Assembly (NCBI RefSeq): GCF_009914755.1
Contig: NC_060941.1
Reading direction: 5' to 3' (one strand)
Source: the human T2T-CHM13v2.0 reference genome, Homo sapiens
DNA: 64,000 bases
Position numbers and translations under genes: made by a program. This document shows, piece after piece, positions 30,430 through 52,476 of this stretch; positions within the stretch are counted from its first letter, which is position 1; each line of letters starts with the position of its first letter. The notes beneath the pieces are model-generated. The model ran no database searches. It saw nothing but the letters and a program-made list of their open reading frames with translations, and had not been told where the DNA came from.

Positions 30430-31320
30430 CCCAGTGGGAAGGAGCGGGGACGATTCTGGCGATCACATGAGGAAGGGAGCAGCCTCAGCAGCGCAGGTGG
30501 ACACAGTCGTCAACCACTCGCTGGCCGCCTGCGACGTGAAGCACCTGCGCTGGGCGCGGCGGGTAAGCGCCGACACTAGCGGGCGCCTGAACAGTCCAGC
30601 GGCGTCAGCGCTGCGGAGCAGGAAAGGGTCCCAAACGCAGGGTGGCCATGCAGCGTGGCGCCCACCTGTCCCTCTCCTCGAAGCGCTGAGCCAGCACGAT
30701 GCACATAAGGGAAGGAGGAAGGTGGCTTGAGGGCAGTGACCGAGCGGACAGCGGAAGCCCATTTCAGGAGCCCCGGTACCCGAGCTCGGGCCCCTTTCCA
30801 ATCCCCCAGGCGTCCTTCCCATGTCCTTGTCTCCTAGTCCTGGGAATCCACGGCCACTCCACTCTCCTGCAGTACCGCGGACAAGAACACCATGTACTCT
30901 TCACAGGCAGGTGTCTTCTGGTGGACCCAACTCTGTTGGTACTTGTCGTCTCCAAAAAGTCCCCAAATGCGCTAGAGGCCAGCCAGCCCGGTATCCGAGA
31001 GGTAAGAGCCCCGGCGGCGCAGGCGGAAGCGTGTCTGTCGCGAGGCCTCTCTAGGACTCCGGGAGGACCCCTCGTTAGCGCAGGACCTCGGCAGCCGGGG
31101 GTTGGGCTCGAGGGCTGAGGGCGGCGCGCCATGCGCGGATTAGCTGCCATCCGGCGGGTCTTTCTGCCGGGGACCAGTGGGGTCGGACGCTGAGGGCCGA
31201 GGAACCCCGCCCCCCCACCGCACCGGGCGGGCTCTGGGGCGTCCGCGGAGGCTCCCGCGTGCGTGTGCGGGGTGGGGTCGGGGTGGCAGTTGGGGGCAAA
31301 TCAATGGGCCTGTACTTTTG
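30430..31320. promoter_or_regulatory. Orphan CpG island between the 3' ends of ZFP3 and ZNF232
   Basis: High CpG; GGCGGAAG (ETS) near 31022; GCGCCATGCGC (NRF1/YY1-like) near 31126; CTCF-like ACACTAGCGGGCGC near 30573; plus-strand donors CGG|GTAAGC (30563) and GAG|GTAAGA (31002). Confidence 0.7.
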
Positions 31321-31574
31321 TCTCTCCGCCTGCTGGGATTTGCAGTTTGTGAGGACGTTTCACATCTCACGGATATTTACGGAGTCCCTTCCACGGCCCA
31401 GGCTCTTCTGGACACCAAACCAGGCCTAATATAACTATTTAATATCTAATTATTACAATTAAACTTATTTGCAGTCGGGAAGCATAGACTCAAAACACGA
31501 AAGGCAGGGTTGGCTTTAGAAAGAAGTCACTGTCGTCTAAGACTGTCAGAGGGGCTAAGAAGATAGGTATGGAG

Positions 31575-38982
<7,408 letters not shown>

Positions 38983-39195
38983 CTACTACTTGCATCCAAA
39001 GCATCCTAATTAATATCAGTATCTTCATCAGAGAACATGAAGGGATGATCTACAGGCAGAACTAAGTAAACAGTTTTTCCAAAATCAAGAAAGACACAGG
39101 AAAAATCTTAAGGAACTTATAACTTTTATGGGATCCAGTCCTAAAGTAGATTAGACCGATGTAGAATTCTGTCTGGAGACGTTCTCCCCTTCAAT

Positions 39196-39905
39196 TCAAT
39201 GGGAAGGCTCTTTTCTGGCATGAACTCTCCGATGTCTAATGAGCTCTGAGCACCATCCATAAGCTTTCCCACATTCTTTACATATAAAAGGTTTCTCTCC
39301 ACTGTGAATTCTCCGATGCTGACTTAGATATGAGCTTTGACTAAAGGCCTTCCCACACTCATTACACTCATAGGGCTTCTCTCCTGAGTGAATCCTCTGA
39401 TGCTGAACAAGATGAGCACCCCATCTGAAGGCCTTCCCACATTCATTACATTCGAAGGGTTTCTCTCCTGTATGAATTCTCTGATGCTGACCGAGGTTTG
39501 AGCTCTGTTTGAAAGTTTTCCCACAGTCACTACACTTATAGGGTTTCTCTCCAGAATGAACTCTCTGGTGGACAACAAGATGTGAGTTATAAATGAAGGT
39601 TTTACCACATTCACTACATTCATGGTCTTTCTTCCCTGTGGGAATTTCCTTATGGATGACAACCATCTGCCTGAAACTTTCCTCCTGGGCAGGGGACCAC
39701 CTCAGTCTCTCCGCTTTGGGATTTCTCTGCTGCAGTTCTAAGGTACCCTCAGAGGTAGCTTCAAATGTAGAGGTGTCAGTAGCAAGTTTTTCTGAGAACA
39801 CCTGTGATTCCACTTCAGTAATGGGTGGTTGTGGCAATGATCCTTTGTCCTTGGGCTCTGGGCCATCTTCTGTAACAACTGACAGAAAATGTAAATATAC
39901 CTGTT
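39196..39905 (-). CDS. ZNF232: ZNF232 last coding exon (5 C2H2 fingers)
   Basis: Acceptor TCCAG|AACAGG (phase 1); [23 protein letters not shown]...[10 protein letters not shown]...[12 protein letters not shown]. The four exons sum to 23+475+127+710 = 1335 nt = 444 aa plus stop. Confidence 0.93.
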
Positions 39906-40497
39906 CTGGATGTATGAAGAAATGACACTTAGATTAAAATGTATATTTCTGGAATGAAAACAAATGCTTAAAAACAACTATATATATGACAAACATTCGA
40001 AGAATATTTACTGGATATTGCCAACAGTTATCTCTTGGTGATGGGACTATACAGAGGAGAGGGTTTCTTCTTTTTAATTTCTCCCATTTATCTGCTTTTT
40101 TTCCCCTAATTTCTCCATAATGAAACACTAAAGAAGTTTTATTGAAAAAATGAAAGCAATTACAATGCATGGTCTTTTTAGGATTTTTCATATTTTCAAG
40201 GAATCAGGGAATGATGTTGTGAAGAAAGGGAAAAACATGAAAGAATCATTAGGGTTAAGGAAAAGGGAGGTTTCTAAAGGCAAAAAAAACTGTGCCCTTC
40301 CTGGCTCTGCAACCTTCACCTCTTCCCATCCGTTTCCCAGCTGCATCAATCTATAGCCTCTTTAGAGGACTCTCAACTAACTGCCTCCTTTATCAAAGGG
40401 AGGACTTCCAGCTCCCTGCCTCCTATCTGCTTGGTGCTCTCTGCCTTTCTCTTCCTTAAAAAGGGAAAAAGAGTGTGTTGCCGGGCGTGGTGGCTCA

Positions 40498-40650
<153 letters not shown>

Positions 40651-40653
40651 TCA

Positions 40654-40833
<180 letters not shown>

Positions 40834-40934
40834 TTATGTTTTATCTGTTGTAATGCTCCCTATAGCCTAAGGAGAACAGAAACCAATTGCTTTAAGATAA
40901 CTCAAGGTCATTTGACTTTTTTTTTTTTTTTTGA

Positions 40935-41159
<225 letters not shown>

Positions 41160-42299
41160 TAGCCTCCCAAAGTGCTGGGATTATAGGCGTGAGCCACCGT
41201 GCCCAGCCAAGATCATTTGATTTTTTAAAAATTCATTTTTTCAGGTTAAATGCTGTGGTTAAAAAAATCTGAAATATGCTTGCTATATATAAAAAAAAAA
41301 TCACACAATAGCTAGCTTCTTTTTGAGAGTAAAGTAATAAAATTGATAAATGAATAGAGGCTTACTAAACAGAAGTAAAGGAGACAAGAAAAAGTCTGGA
41401 AAAAAGTCAAGGAAGAAAGAAGAGCTAAGAAGTAGAAACATACTTTTGGGACAGAGTCTAATTAATCTCCATTTCTATTTTTTCCCATTTTGTAACTAAG
41501 AAGAATTTGATTTTTCAAATGCCTTGGTTTGGTGATAGTGATGGGGGGGCAGTTATGGTGTAAAAGCAAATATCAAGTAGACTCTTCTTGGTTAGCCGCA
41601 TATTCACAATACGGTCACAAGGCTACAGAGGTCAACAAGGAGAGTTCACGCCCCTGAGGCTCTAAGTCTAGTGTTCGCCGCTGGGAGAGAGGAGAGGTTG
41701 TTTGCAGGTATGTATGCAGGCCAAGAAGGAAGTTTCTGTAGTGAATCTGAAGGGTAGAAGGTGAGGGCACACATAAGAGAGTTTCAGATAGGGCTGTTTA
41801 CATGAGGAAGAGGTGGTAAAGGTGATGACAGGCTGTATCTCACATAGGAGTGCTTTATGGCTTAAAAAGTGTTTTGCGAGGCCTCAGGGAGTTTAAAAAA
41901 AAAAAAAGGATCTCAAGGCTGGCCTCTAGCTCAGGGCAGAGTTATTATAGACTAGGAGTTAAGTGCAGTGGAGATGATAAGGCATAAATGAATGAGCTAT
42001 TTCCTGGTCCTGATTTAGGGCTCTCTAAAGTTAAGAGATGCTGGCCAGGCTTTATATCCAGATAAGACCCAAGTTGAGCTTAATCCTCAGAGCTATCTTA
42101 TGAGGTAGTTTATTCTTACTCCTAATTTTATGAGTGATGAAACAGGCAAAGTCTCTCACCTAAGAGATAAGAATAGTAAGGCTGTGATGATACCAAACAT
42201 TTAAGCACCTACTACTATTTACCCTTTACAGGTACTAGGTACTGTGCCCTTTATAGTCCCTCTTTCTCCTCTCCCTCCCCACAGAATCCTGCTCCTCAC

Positions 42300-42426
42300 C
42301 ACTCTTTGGGAAAGGCTGGGTCTCCTTAGGCTGGAGCTGGATGCTCAGTGCTTCCTGGGCTGCTCCCAGAGATTCCTTCTTCTCCCATGGCTCTTCCTGT
42401 GCAGGTCCATGTGCAGGGCCTGGGAC
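42300..42426 (-). CDS. ZNF232: ZNF232 coding exon 3
   Basis: CTCCAG|GTCCCA ... AAGAGTG|GTGAGG; [42 protein letters not shown]; phase 0 to 1 fits both neighbours. Confidence 0.92.
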
Positions 42427-42767
42427 CTGGAGGTGATCAGGCACCACTCAGTTTAAATTTTCTTCAAATTACTAGTGTGGTTTCTGTCCCCTGCCTGGAC
42501 ACTTGCAGATGTGACCCTCCTTGGACCAAAGCTTCCAAGGAGACTTTAGAGAGCCTCCTCAGAGTCAGCACAAGGGAAGAAGAGGAGCTAGAGTCTCTTT
42601 CTCATTCAGGGCTCGAGGGCAGAAAAGACAGACACAGAAACACATACTAACTGCTCTACCTGGCCCAAGAGAGGTTTGAACTTGGCACCTCCCCCTACAG
42701 CTGCCCCTCGGTCCAGCCTGAAGGTCATCAATCTGGCTCCCATAACAGACCAAATCCCCCTTCCCAC

Positions 42768-43584
<817 letters not shown>

Positions 43585-44102
43585 TAAACATATACATATA
43601 CTCAACACTCCAAAGAGCCAAACCCTGTCCTATGCCCTGTAGTCCCGCTTTTTCTTCCACCCCTCCCCAGAATTCTGCTGCACTAAGTCAATGTTTTTGA
43701 GAAACTTGCACCGTGGTAGAAACGGGGATGTAAAGTGGTTTTCTATAATACAACTAATTAAATGCCATTGACAGGAAAAATGTATCAAGAAAAAAAAAGT
43801 TCTGGGGGCCTATGGGAAGAAATGACTATTGGAAGAAATAAGTTTGAAGCAAAACCCAAGTTTCCAGATGCAGAGCCCAGAGCCGAGCAGCTTTCAGTGC
43901 AAGGTGGAATGTGTTGGGGAGGCAGCCTCCTCTGAGATGGCTCCTCCCTGCTTTCAAAAATTTCTGAAGTAGTAGCTACAGCAAAAGAAAAATATAAGTC
44001 CCCTTTAAGGAGCTGGATCTCATTCAAATGCCAAAGCCCTATTAAGGGGCAGCTATGAACAAGTCTCGGGTACAGTGGCCTGCGTCAAGGAAATCTAACA
44101 GG

Positions 44103-44707
44103 TGTAAACCAAAAAAGCATCTGAGATAGGTCTCAACCAATTTAGGGGTTATTTTGCTAAGGTTGAGGATGCACCCAGGAAAAAGACACACAAGCCACAG
44201 TAGGATCCGTGGCTCGCACTTTTACCAAAGAGGGTTTTGAGGGCTTCAATTTAATGGGGAGAAAGCTGGCAGGAGGGGAAGGAGGAGAGAAGAGGGAGGG
44301 TATGTGGTGAGGTAAGTGGCCACATTCTTGTGAGGATTTGATTAGAGCTCACTGAATCCACATGTTGCACGTGAAAAGAGGAAGTCAATTATGAATTTGT
44401 CTCGTGCTCAGTAAATCTGCATTTTACACAAGATAAGGTAGACATACAGTAGAGGAAGAAGTCAAATATGCTTTGTCTCTGGGTGGGTGGAGGAACGATT
44501 TCTAGTCTTGTCCGGTGAAGCTCGGCTGTTCGTTTCCATTGCCAGGGTGAGGGAGGCCACCTGGGGGCATATGTTGCTTTCTATCTTGCAGCTATCGGTT
44601 TAGGAACAAAAGGAAAAGCAGTTTTTTTCCGTGACTCAGTTTCCAAGCTTAACTTTTCCCTTTGTCATAGTAAGTTTGGGGTCCTGAGATTTTATTTTCC
44701 TTTCACA
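44103..44707 (-). mobile_element. ERV1-class solo LTR, MER4A-like
   Basis: The minus strand starts TGTGAAAGGAAAATAAAATCTCAGGACCCCAAAC and ends ...TTTACA; 4-bp TSD CAGG (44099-44102, 44708-44711). Confidence 0.8.
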
Positions 44708-44749
44708 CAGGGAAGGAGGTGGAACGCATCAGAGGCCACGAAAGGAGCA

Positions 44750-45560
44750 CAAAGGGGGACCGCTGGCCTAAGACAAAGGAGGCGCGAGGAAAAACGCGGA
44801 GCTCGCGTCTCCCAGGGTGATGCCCGGCGCCGCTGGCCCCAGCAAAACTTCTCTACCCCGGCCTCGGGCAGGTGCCCGCCCGGGGAGGGGGCTGTCGTCC
44901 AGGCCAGGTACAACTCCCCTTCCCACCCTTCACTCCCTACCCAAGGGTCTCGAGAAAAGAGAAGAGGAACATCAAGACCCCCCTCCACGGCACGTGACGC
45001 GACGCAACGCAGGTAGCGCAGCGCGGGCACCACGGGCAACCCAAACCCCTCTCCACACACAACCGCGGAGCTGCCTGCCAGGCCTGCTCACTGCAGAGCC
45101 GCCGCTGCCTGCGGGACGGGCAAAAGCCAAGCCGCCAGGTGGACCTCGGGGAAGCCGCCGCCAACACTCACCTCACAGGACCAGGAGGTTCCATCGGGGC
45201 GCTGCCGCGAATCGCGCCACTTACAGCCCTCACCCCAGGGGCAGGTTTGCGCCTGCGCAGGTCGCAGCCTCGGCCTCCAACTCCCAGAATCCTCCTCGCC
45301 GCCGGCTTCCGTTCGCGGACTTTGGCCCAGGCGCGTGGGCGCTGCCGAGAGGCTGGGAGCCCGGGAACCGGTTCCTGGACTTGAGCGGAGCGAGAAAGAG
45401 CGCGCCGCCTGCACGACTGGACTGGAGCGGCCGGGTGCCCTGGAGGCCCCTGGGAATTGCAGTCCTTGCGCAGGTGGAGAGTGAGCCCTTGTAAGCGGGT
45501 GACTTCATCAAGTTTGGGGGGTCTCTTGTGGAATTGTACCTGAAGGGCGGTGCTGGCGGA
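44750..45560. promoter_or_regulatory. ZNF232: ZNF232 CpG-island promoter
   Basis: High CpG; NRF1 motif TGCGCCTGCGCA (45248-45259); CACGTGACG E-box/CRE-like near 44991. Confidence 0.8.
45172..45194 (-). CDS. ZNF232: ZNF232 first coding exon portion (MEPPGPVR)
   Basis: ATG GAA CCT CCT GGT CCT GTG AG|GTGAGT; phase 2 joins exon 2 to give [19 protein letters not shown]. Confidence 0.85.
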
Positions 45561-45843
45561 CAGATGTCAGGGAAATTCTGGCCTTGTCCATGGCCTGTGG
45601 TAACACTTCTCCATGAGTTCTATTTTCCAATTACCTCTTCCCAGACCTGATGAGAGGGCCACAGCTAAGGAAGACGGTCCCTTCCACGAAAAAATATTCC
45701 CCAACCACTAGCCTGTACAATTCCTGGGGCGTAGGGGGAGGGGAGGAGAAAAAAGAATTCTAAGGTTAATTTTATTGCGATGGGGGAAATAGGGGTTGGT
45801 GTTTTTTTGTTGTTGTTATTTTTTATTTTATTTATTTATTTGA

Positions 45844-45951
<108 letters not shown>

Positions 45952-46230
45952 TAGCTGGGACTAGAGGCGCCCGCCACCACGCCCGGCTAATTTTTTTTTT
46001 TTGGTAGGAGACACGGCGTTTCACCATATTAGCCAGGATGGTCTCGATCTCCTGACCTCGTGATCCGCCCGTCTCGGCCTCCCAAAGTGCTGGGTTTACA
46101 GGCGCCCGGCCGATTATTTTTTATTTTTTTTTTGAGACATGGTGGCCAACATGGTGAAACCCTGTCTCTATTAAAAATACAAAAAGGTTAGCTGGGCGTG
46201 GTGGCGGGCGCCTGTAGTCCCCACTACTCA

Positions 46231-46344
<114 letters not shown>

Positions 46345-47531
46345 TTAAAAATAAATTTATCTCACTATCAATTTTGCAGGATATTGATTGATCCAGTCTC
46401 TCAATACTTTTATAAAATAGCTTAATCCTAGTCTCTCCAAGAAAAATTGTTGTTCAACTGTGTAGTACCATAGTAACAGTTCTCAGATTCTCAGATTATT
46501 AAATTTGTTTCTCCAAGATATAGTATCCTTGAAAATGCGCATTGACACCCCCATGGCTGGGGGATATATTATCTTTTTTCCTTCAAAGTGCCATTGATAA
46601 TTACTGCACGTAGGAGCTATGGATAAAAATAGTTATCATTTGTTGAATGTCTACTACGTGTCTAGAACTATGCCAGGAACTTAATGAAATTGTCTTATTT
46701 AGTCTTCACAGTTGCTCCACAAGGGATTGTATTAATGTCATTATCTTGATTTTACAGATGAGAAAACTCAAGACTCAGAAACAATAAAGGTTACAGAGAT
46801 GAAATTGACAGAGCCTGAATTTCAGTATGTCAAACTTCAATGTGCCATTATACTTTTAAATCCTACAGAACAGATTGAATCACAACTTCTACTTTTACAT
46901 GAGAGAAGACAATGGGTCCTATGACTTACTGTCAGTTTCCTTTTCCTGATTTAATTAGCTGCTTCTGTATCTAATTTTGCTAGGAATGGAGGAATAAGGC
47001 AAATTCCCTAAACTACATATTGACATTTATACTAATGTGAAAACCTCAAGTCCATTTGCAGACTTTTGGATTAGATTCTGTCCCAGAAAGACATCCACCC
47101 TAGAGTTCAGGATATCATACCCATTTTACTGTTCCCCTGGCACAATTCATAGTAAGGAAAAACAGACAAGGGGAAAGCTATTAGATTCTCGGTGCTGCTA
47201 AACAGGACACACAAGGACACCATTTTGTGATGATGATGGTGCTTTATGCAGCTTCCACCATTTACAAGATTTTCCTGTGGTGTGGAACCTCTCATGATAA
47301 AGCAAAGGAACTAGAAGCTTATTCCAGTCAAGATTTCTGATTTATCTTGTGGTAAGCATTTGGGAAGGACATATCTGCACATGACCTGAGACTAAGTACT
47401 ATACACTGAATCAGATGAAAATTGCTCTTAGGAAGCTTACAATTTTCCAAATAGTTAGGACAAAAACAAACTCTCCTTCTCTCTTCCTATATGTACATAC
47501 TGACATCTTTATCATTACTGTCTTCCTAGGG

Positions 47532-48419
<888 letters not shown>

Positions 48420-48924
48420 GAGGAAAACTGGGGGCTGATGTGACGGCGGGGACTTTAGGTAGAAGGACCCCACGTCAAAAGTCAAAGCTAAAAATTCTGG
48501 AACGAGCCAGGAAGGCATCAGGACGTCTCATTTTATTTGCTAGAGGCATCTTTTGGGGGGTGGGGCGGTGGGTGGGTGGAAGGAGATGTGGCCAGTGAGC
48601 CTCTGACTTTTAATTGAGTTATTTCGAAACAAGGAACAGAGGGCCGGATGTGGTGGGTCGTGCCTGTAATTCCAGCACTTTGCGAGGCCGAGGCCAGTGG
48701 ATCACCTGAGGTCAGGAGTTCAAGACCAGCCTGGCCAACATGGTGAAACCCTCTCTCTACTAAAAATACAAAATTAGCCTGGCGTGGTGGGGGGCGCCTG
48801 TAATCCCAGCTACTCGGGAGGCTGAGGCGGGACAACAGCTTTAACCCGGGAGGCGGAGGTTACAGTGAGCCGAGATGGCGCCACTGCACTCCGGCTTGGG
48901 CAACAGAGCAAGACTCCGTCTCCA

Positions 48925-48927
<3 letters not shown>

Positions 48928-48956
<29 letters not shown>
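48928..48956. repeat. (CA)n microsatellite in an Alu tail
   Basis: Direct reading. Confidence 0.9.
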
Positions 48957-48959
<3 letters not shown>

Positions 48960-49129
48960 CCCAAAACGGAACAGAGGCAGTTCTGTATTCCAGAGGGATT
49001 GATTTGTGATGCCTGCTCAAAACTCAAGAAGCCACCACCCTGATACTCATCAAACCCCGGAGAAATTTCGTTTTTAGAGTGTCAGAAGGCCCCATGAATA
49101 ACCTTCCAGTCACTGAAGGAGGTCCCTAC

Positions 49130-50100
49130 TCAGCACGCCCCGGTCTCCTTCACTCTCCTGCACTCGTGCCTCACAGATGGCCTCATGCGCGGACTGGCGG
49201 TCCAGCCTCCCGGGGACACAGCCCGGGCGCACCCCGCGCCGCCTTTGGCCACTGAGGCGGTCCTCGAGGCGCCGGGCTAGGGAAAGCCTCCCCGGCCGTC
49301 AAGGCTGGGATAGCGCCGGGGGATCGGGGCGGGGTGCGTGCGCCGAAAGGGCCTCAAAGCTGTAGGGCTGGACGGCACAAAGGGGCGCAAGGCACGGAGG
49401 CCAGGCAGAGGGGACAGCTAGCGGCGCGGCGGGACGGGCGGGCCCCGACGCCCAGCTCCAAATGCGTGGCCGCTGTGGGAGCTCGTCTCCAGGCGCCCAT
49501 CAGTCTTCCCCTCACTCGACGCTACCTTGGCGGCCGCGCCCATGCTGTCCCCGCTCCAACTAGCAGTCAGGAGGGGCCGCGGGCAGCGCTCGAGACGCTC
49601 ATTGAGAGGACTTCCCGCCTGCGGGCTCTCTGCTCGACGCCACTCCCGGCCCCGCTCCGGGCGGCCCCCCTCACCACTCCCGGCCCCGCTCCCGGCGGCC
49701 CGCCTCACCACTCCCGGCTTCCCGGGGCTTAGGCCCGCACCATCGAGTCGAATCGAGTCCTCATGTTTTCCTAGACAAGCCGCTGGGGGAGAGGGGAAAC
49801 ACTTCTGGCCCATGTGAGCCGCCGTCTCGTGTGGTGTCTGAGGGGCGTCTACCTGGAGTCACTGAGCCGACGAAAGGGAAAAGGCCAGTGCCTGTCCGGG
49901 AAGAGCTCAGCCTAGTGGGGCGGGCGACAAGTTACAGTTGCTGCCTTACGATGGCCGTGGCCCGTGGAGGCACTAGACCCTCACCAGGGGTCTGTCAGGA
50001 AAGGCGGGCAGATACGTGAGGCCTGAACAGGAAGGAACTGGGAGACCCAAGACTGTACCGCCAAGACCGCTTTCGAGTCGGGCCGACCGGAATTTGAATT
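49130..50100. promoter_or_regulatory. CpG island upstream of the minus-strand zinc-finger fossil; candidate bidirectional promoter
   Basis: High CpG/GC, GC boxes, internal 34-bp tandem repeat (49640-49718). Confidence 0.7.
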
Positions 50101-50785
50101 CGTTTCTTCACTTACTAGTTGTGAGTCTTTGGGCAAATTTGCCTTTCTAGAGCGTAGTTTCTTATGTATAAAACAGGGTTAACAGTTGCACTCACTGAGG
50201 TAAATACAAGAGAAAATTGATGGTAAGTGCTTATCACGGTACCCAACACATAGCAAGTACTGAAAAGTGATGGAGCTAGGTACGGAGGGAGCAATCTTCA
50301 CAGAGGGAACAGCTCGTGGAAAGGCCACAGGGCAAGAGGGCGGTGCCTACATTCTTGGGGAACTGCAGAGAGTTCATGGGTAAATAATAGGAAGGAAAGG
50401 TAAGTACTTTGCAGAAAGCCTTCCCCAGCTAGGTGAGACTCCCCACTGTAGTATCATATGCCTCTCCTTTTTGGCACTTATGGTTGCAACTTTATTAATG
50501 ATTCTAATTAGTTTCTCTTCTACAATTATAAGTTCCATCAGGCCAGAGACTTGTCCATTTATGCTCACCCTGCTTTGTAGCACCCGCTGCTTAACACATA
50601 TTAAAAGCTCGATAAGGCTGGGCGAGGGGGCTCAAGCCTCTAATCCCAGCACTTTGGGAGGCCAAGGCGGGTGGATCATGAGGTCAGGAGTTTGAGACCA
50701 GCCTGACCAACATGGTGAAACCCCCTCTCTACAAAAAATACAAAAATTAGCCGGGTGTGGAGGCACACACCTGTAATCCCAGCTA

Positions 50786-50969
<184 letters not shown>

Positions 50970-51342
50970 TCACAATAAGGACTTTGGACTTCAGGCTGAA
51001 GTTAGTGGGAAATCACTGTGGAAATTTAGAGAGGGGGATGGCACTATCAGATTTGTTCTGAAGGAAGAACATTCCAGCTGCCCTGTAGAGAAGCGTTGGA
51101 ATCAGGGAGGCATGTTAGGAGGCTGCGATAATAGTACAAGCAAGAGATGATGGTGGCCTCACTCTAAGGGCATTAAAAATCAAGACAAGTGAGGCCGGGT
51201 GGGGTGGCTCACACCTGTAATCCCAGGACTTTGGGAGGCCAAGGCAGGCAGATCACCAGGAGTTTAAGACCAGGCTGGCTAACATGGTGTTAGCTGGGTG
51301 TACTGGCATGCACCTGTAATCCCAGCTCCTCCCAGCTCCTCA

Positions 51343-51498
<156 letters not shown>

Positions 51499-51571
51499 CT
51501 AGCATTCACTTATTCTACCATAGTCATGTGCTCTCTCCCTCAGGGATGGTAGTGACAGTCTTATTTTCTAT

Positions 51572-52476
51572 TGATACAGGATTTTTTTCCTTGATTCCTT
51601 CGTGGGACTCAAGACAGGGGTGCCCTGTTTACTCAGCCCACTGTGCTCAACCTCTTGCAGGAGTGTGCAGGTGAGTGAGCAAGTGCAGGATCTGGCTGGC
51701 CACTACAGGCACCAGCATGAGCAAGCTCTTTGCGGAGCCTGTGACCAGACCAGGCATGAGCAAACGACTGCAGGATCTAGCTGGCTGCTCTGGGCAGCTG
51801 CAGGAGCAAGCTCCATTTGGGGTCTGCGGTGCTGCCCAAGTGGGGGTGCCTGTGATCCCAAATCCCCAGAGGGAGTGTTACAGTGCTCTCTTAGCGCCAC
51901 TGTTTGAGGATGGGTATGTGTTAACAGCTCAGCTGGCCCCTAGCCCCATTGCGTGGGGTGGCTACCTGCCACTGGTGAGGGCAAAGGGTGAGTGTGACAG
52001 CCTTTTGGGTAGCCAAACTTGGTGGGTCCCAAGCTCTTGTCTGGCATCCAAAAAGAATGAGGTTGTGTGGAGCACTTGAAGGATGGTGAAGGTGGAGAAT
52101 TTTACAGAGTGATCACAGTGGCTCTCAGCGGAGAGGGGAGCTAGAGAGGGGGTAGAAAGGGCAGGTCATCTTCTCCCCAAAGTCTGGCCATTTCTTCCCG
52201 AAAGTCTGGCCATCTCTCTCATCTACTGACTGAGTCTGGGGTCTTTATAGGCACAGGATGAGGGTGGGGCAGCCATAGGTATTTTTGGAAAAGGCAACAT
52301 TTGATTGGTAAGAAGACATTATTCAGAAAGAACCAATCGGGAGGGAGTAAGCAAACAGGAATAGAAGTTCTCACTTTGGGCTGTGGGTTTCAGGCTTTTC
52401 GGCTCAAAGATGGGGTTTCACTGGGGGCCTGCCACATCTGCTTAGAATTTCTCAACTTCATGTCCTGCCTCTATCA
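51572..52476 (-). mobile_element. ERV1-class solo LTR (MER52/LTR1-group-like)
   Basis: TG...CA termini (the minus strand starts TGATAGAGGCAGGA; internal GAGCCGAAAAGCCTGAAAACCCACAGCCCAAAGTGAGAACTTCTAT); 4-bp TSD CTAT (51568-51571, 52477-52480). Exact subfamily uncertain. Confidence 0.75.

Noticed and set aside
42606-42767. C-terminal part of the 209-aa SCAN ORF (VGRGIWSV...)
   Set aside because: Intron read-through past the donor at 42767.
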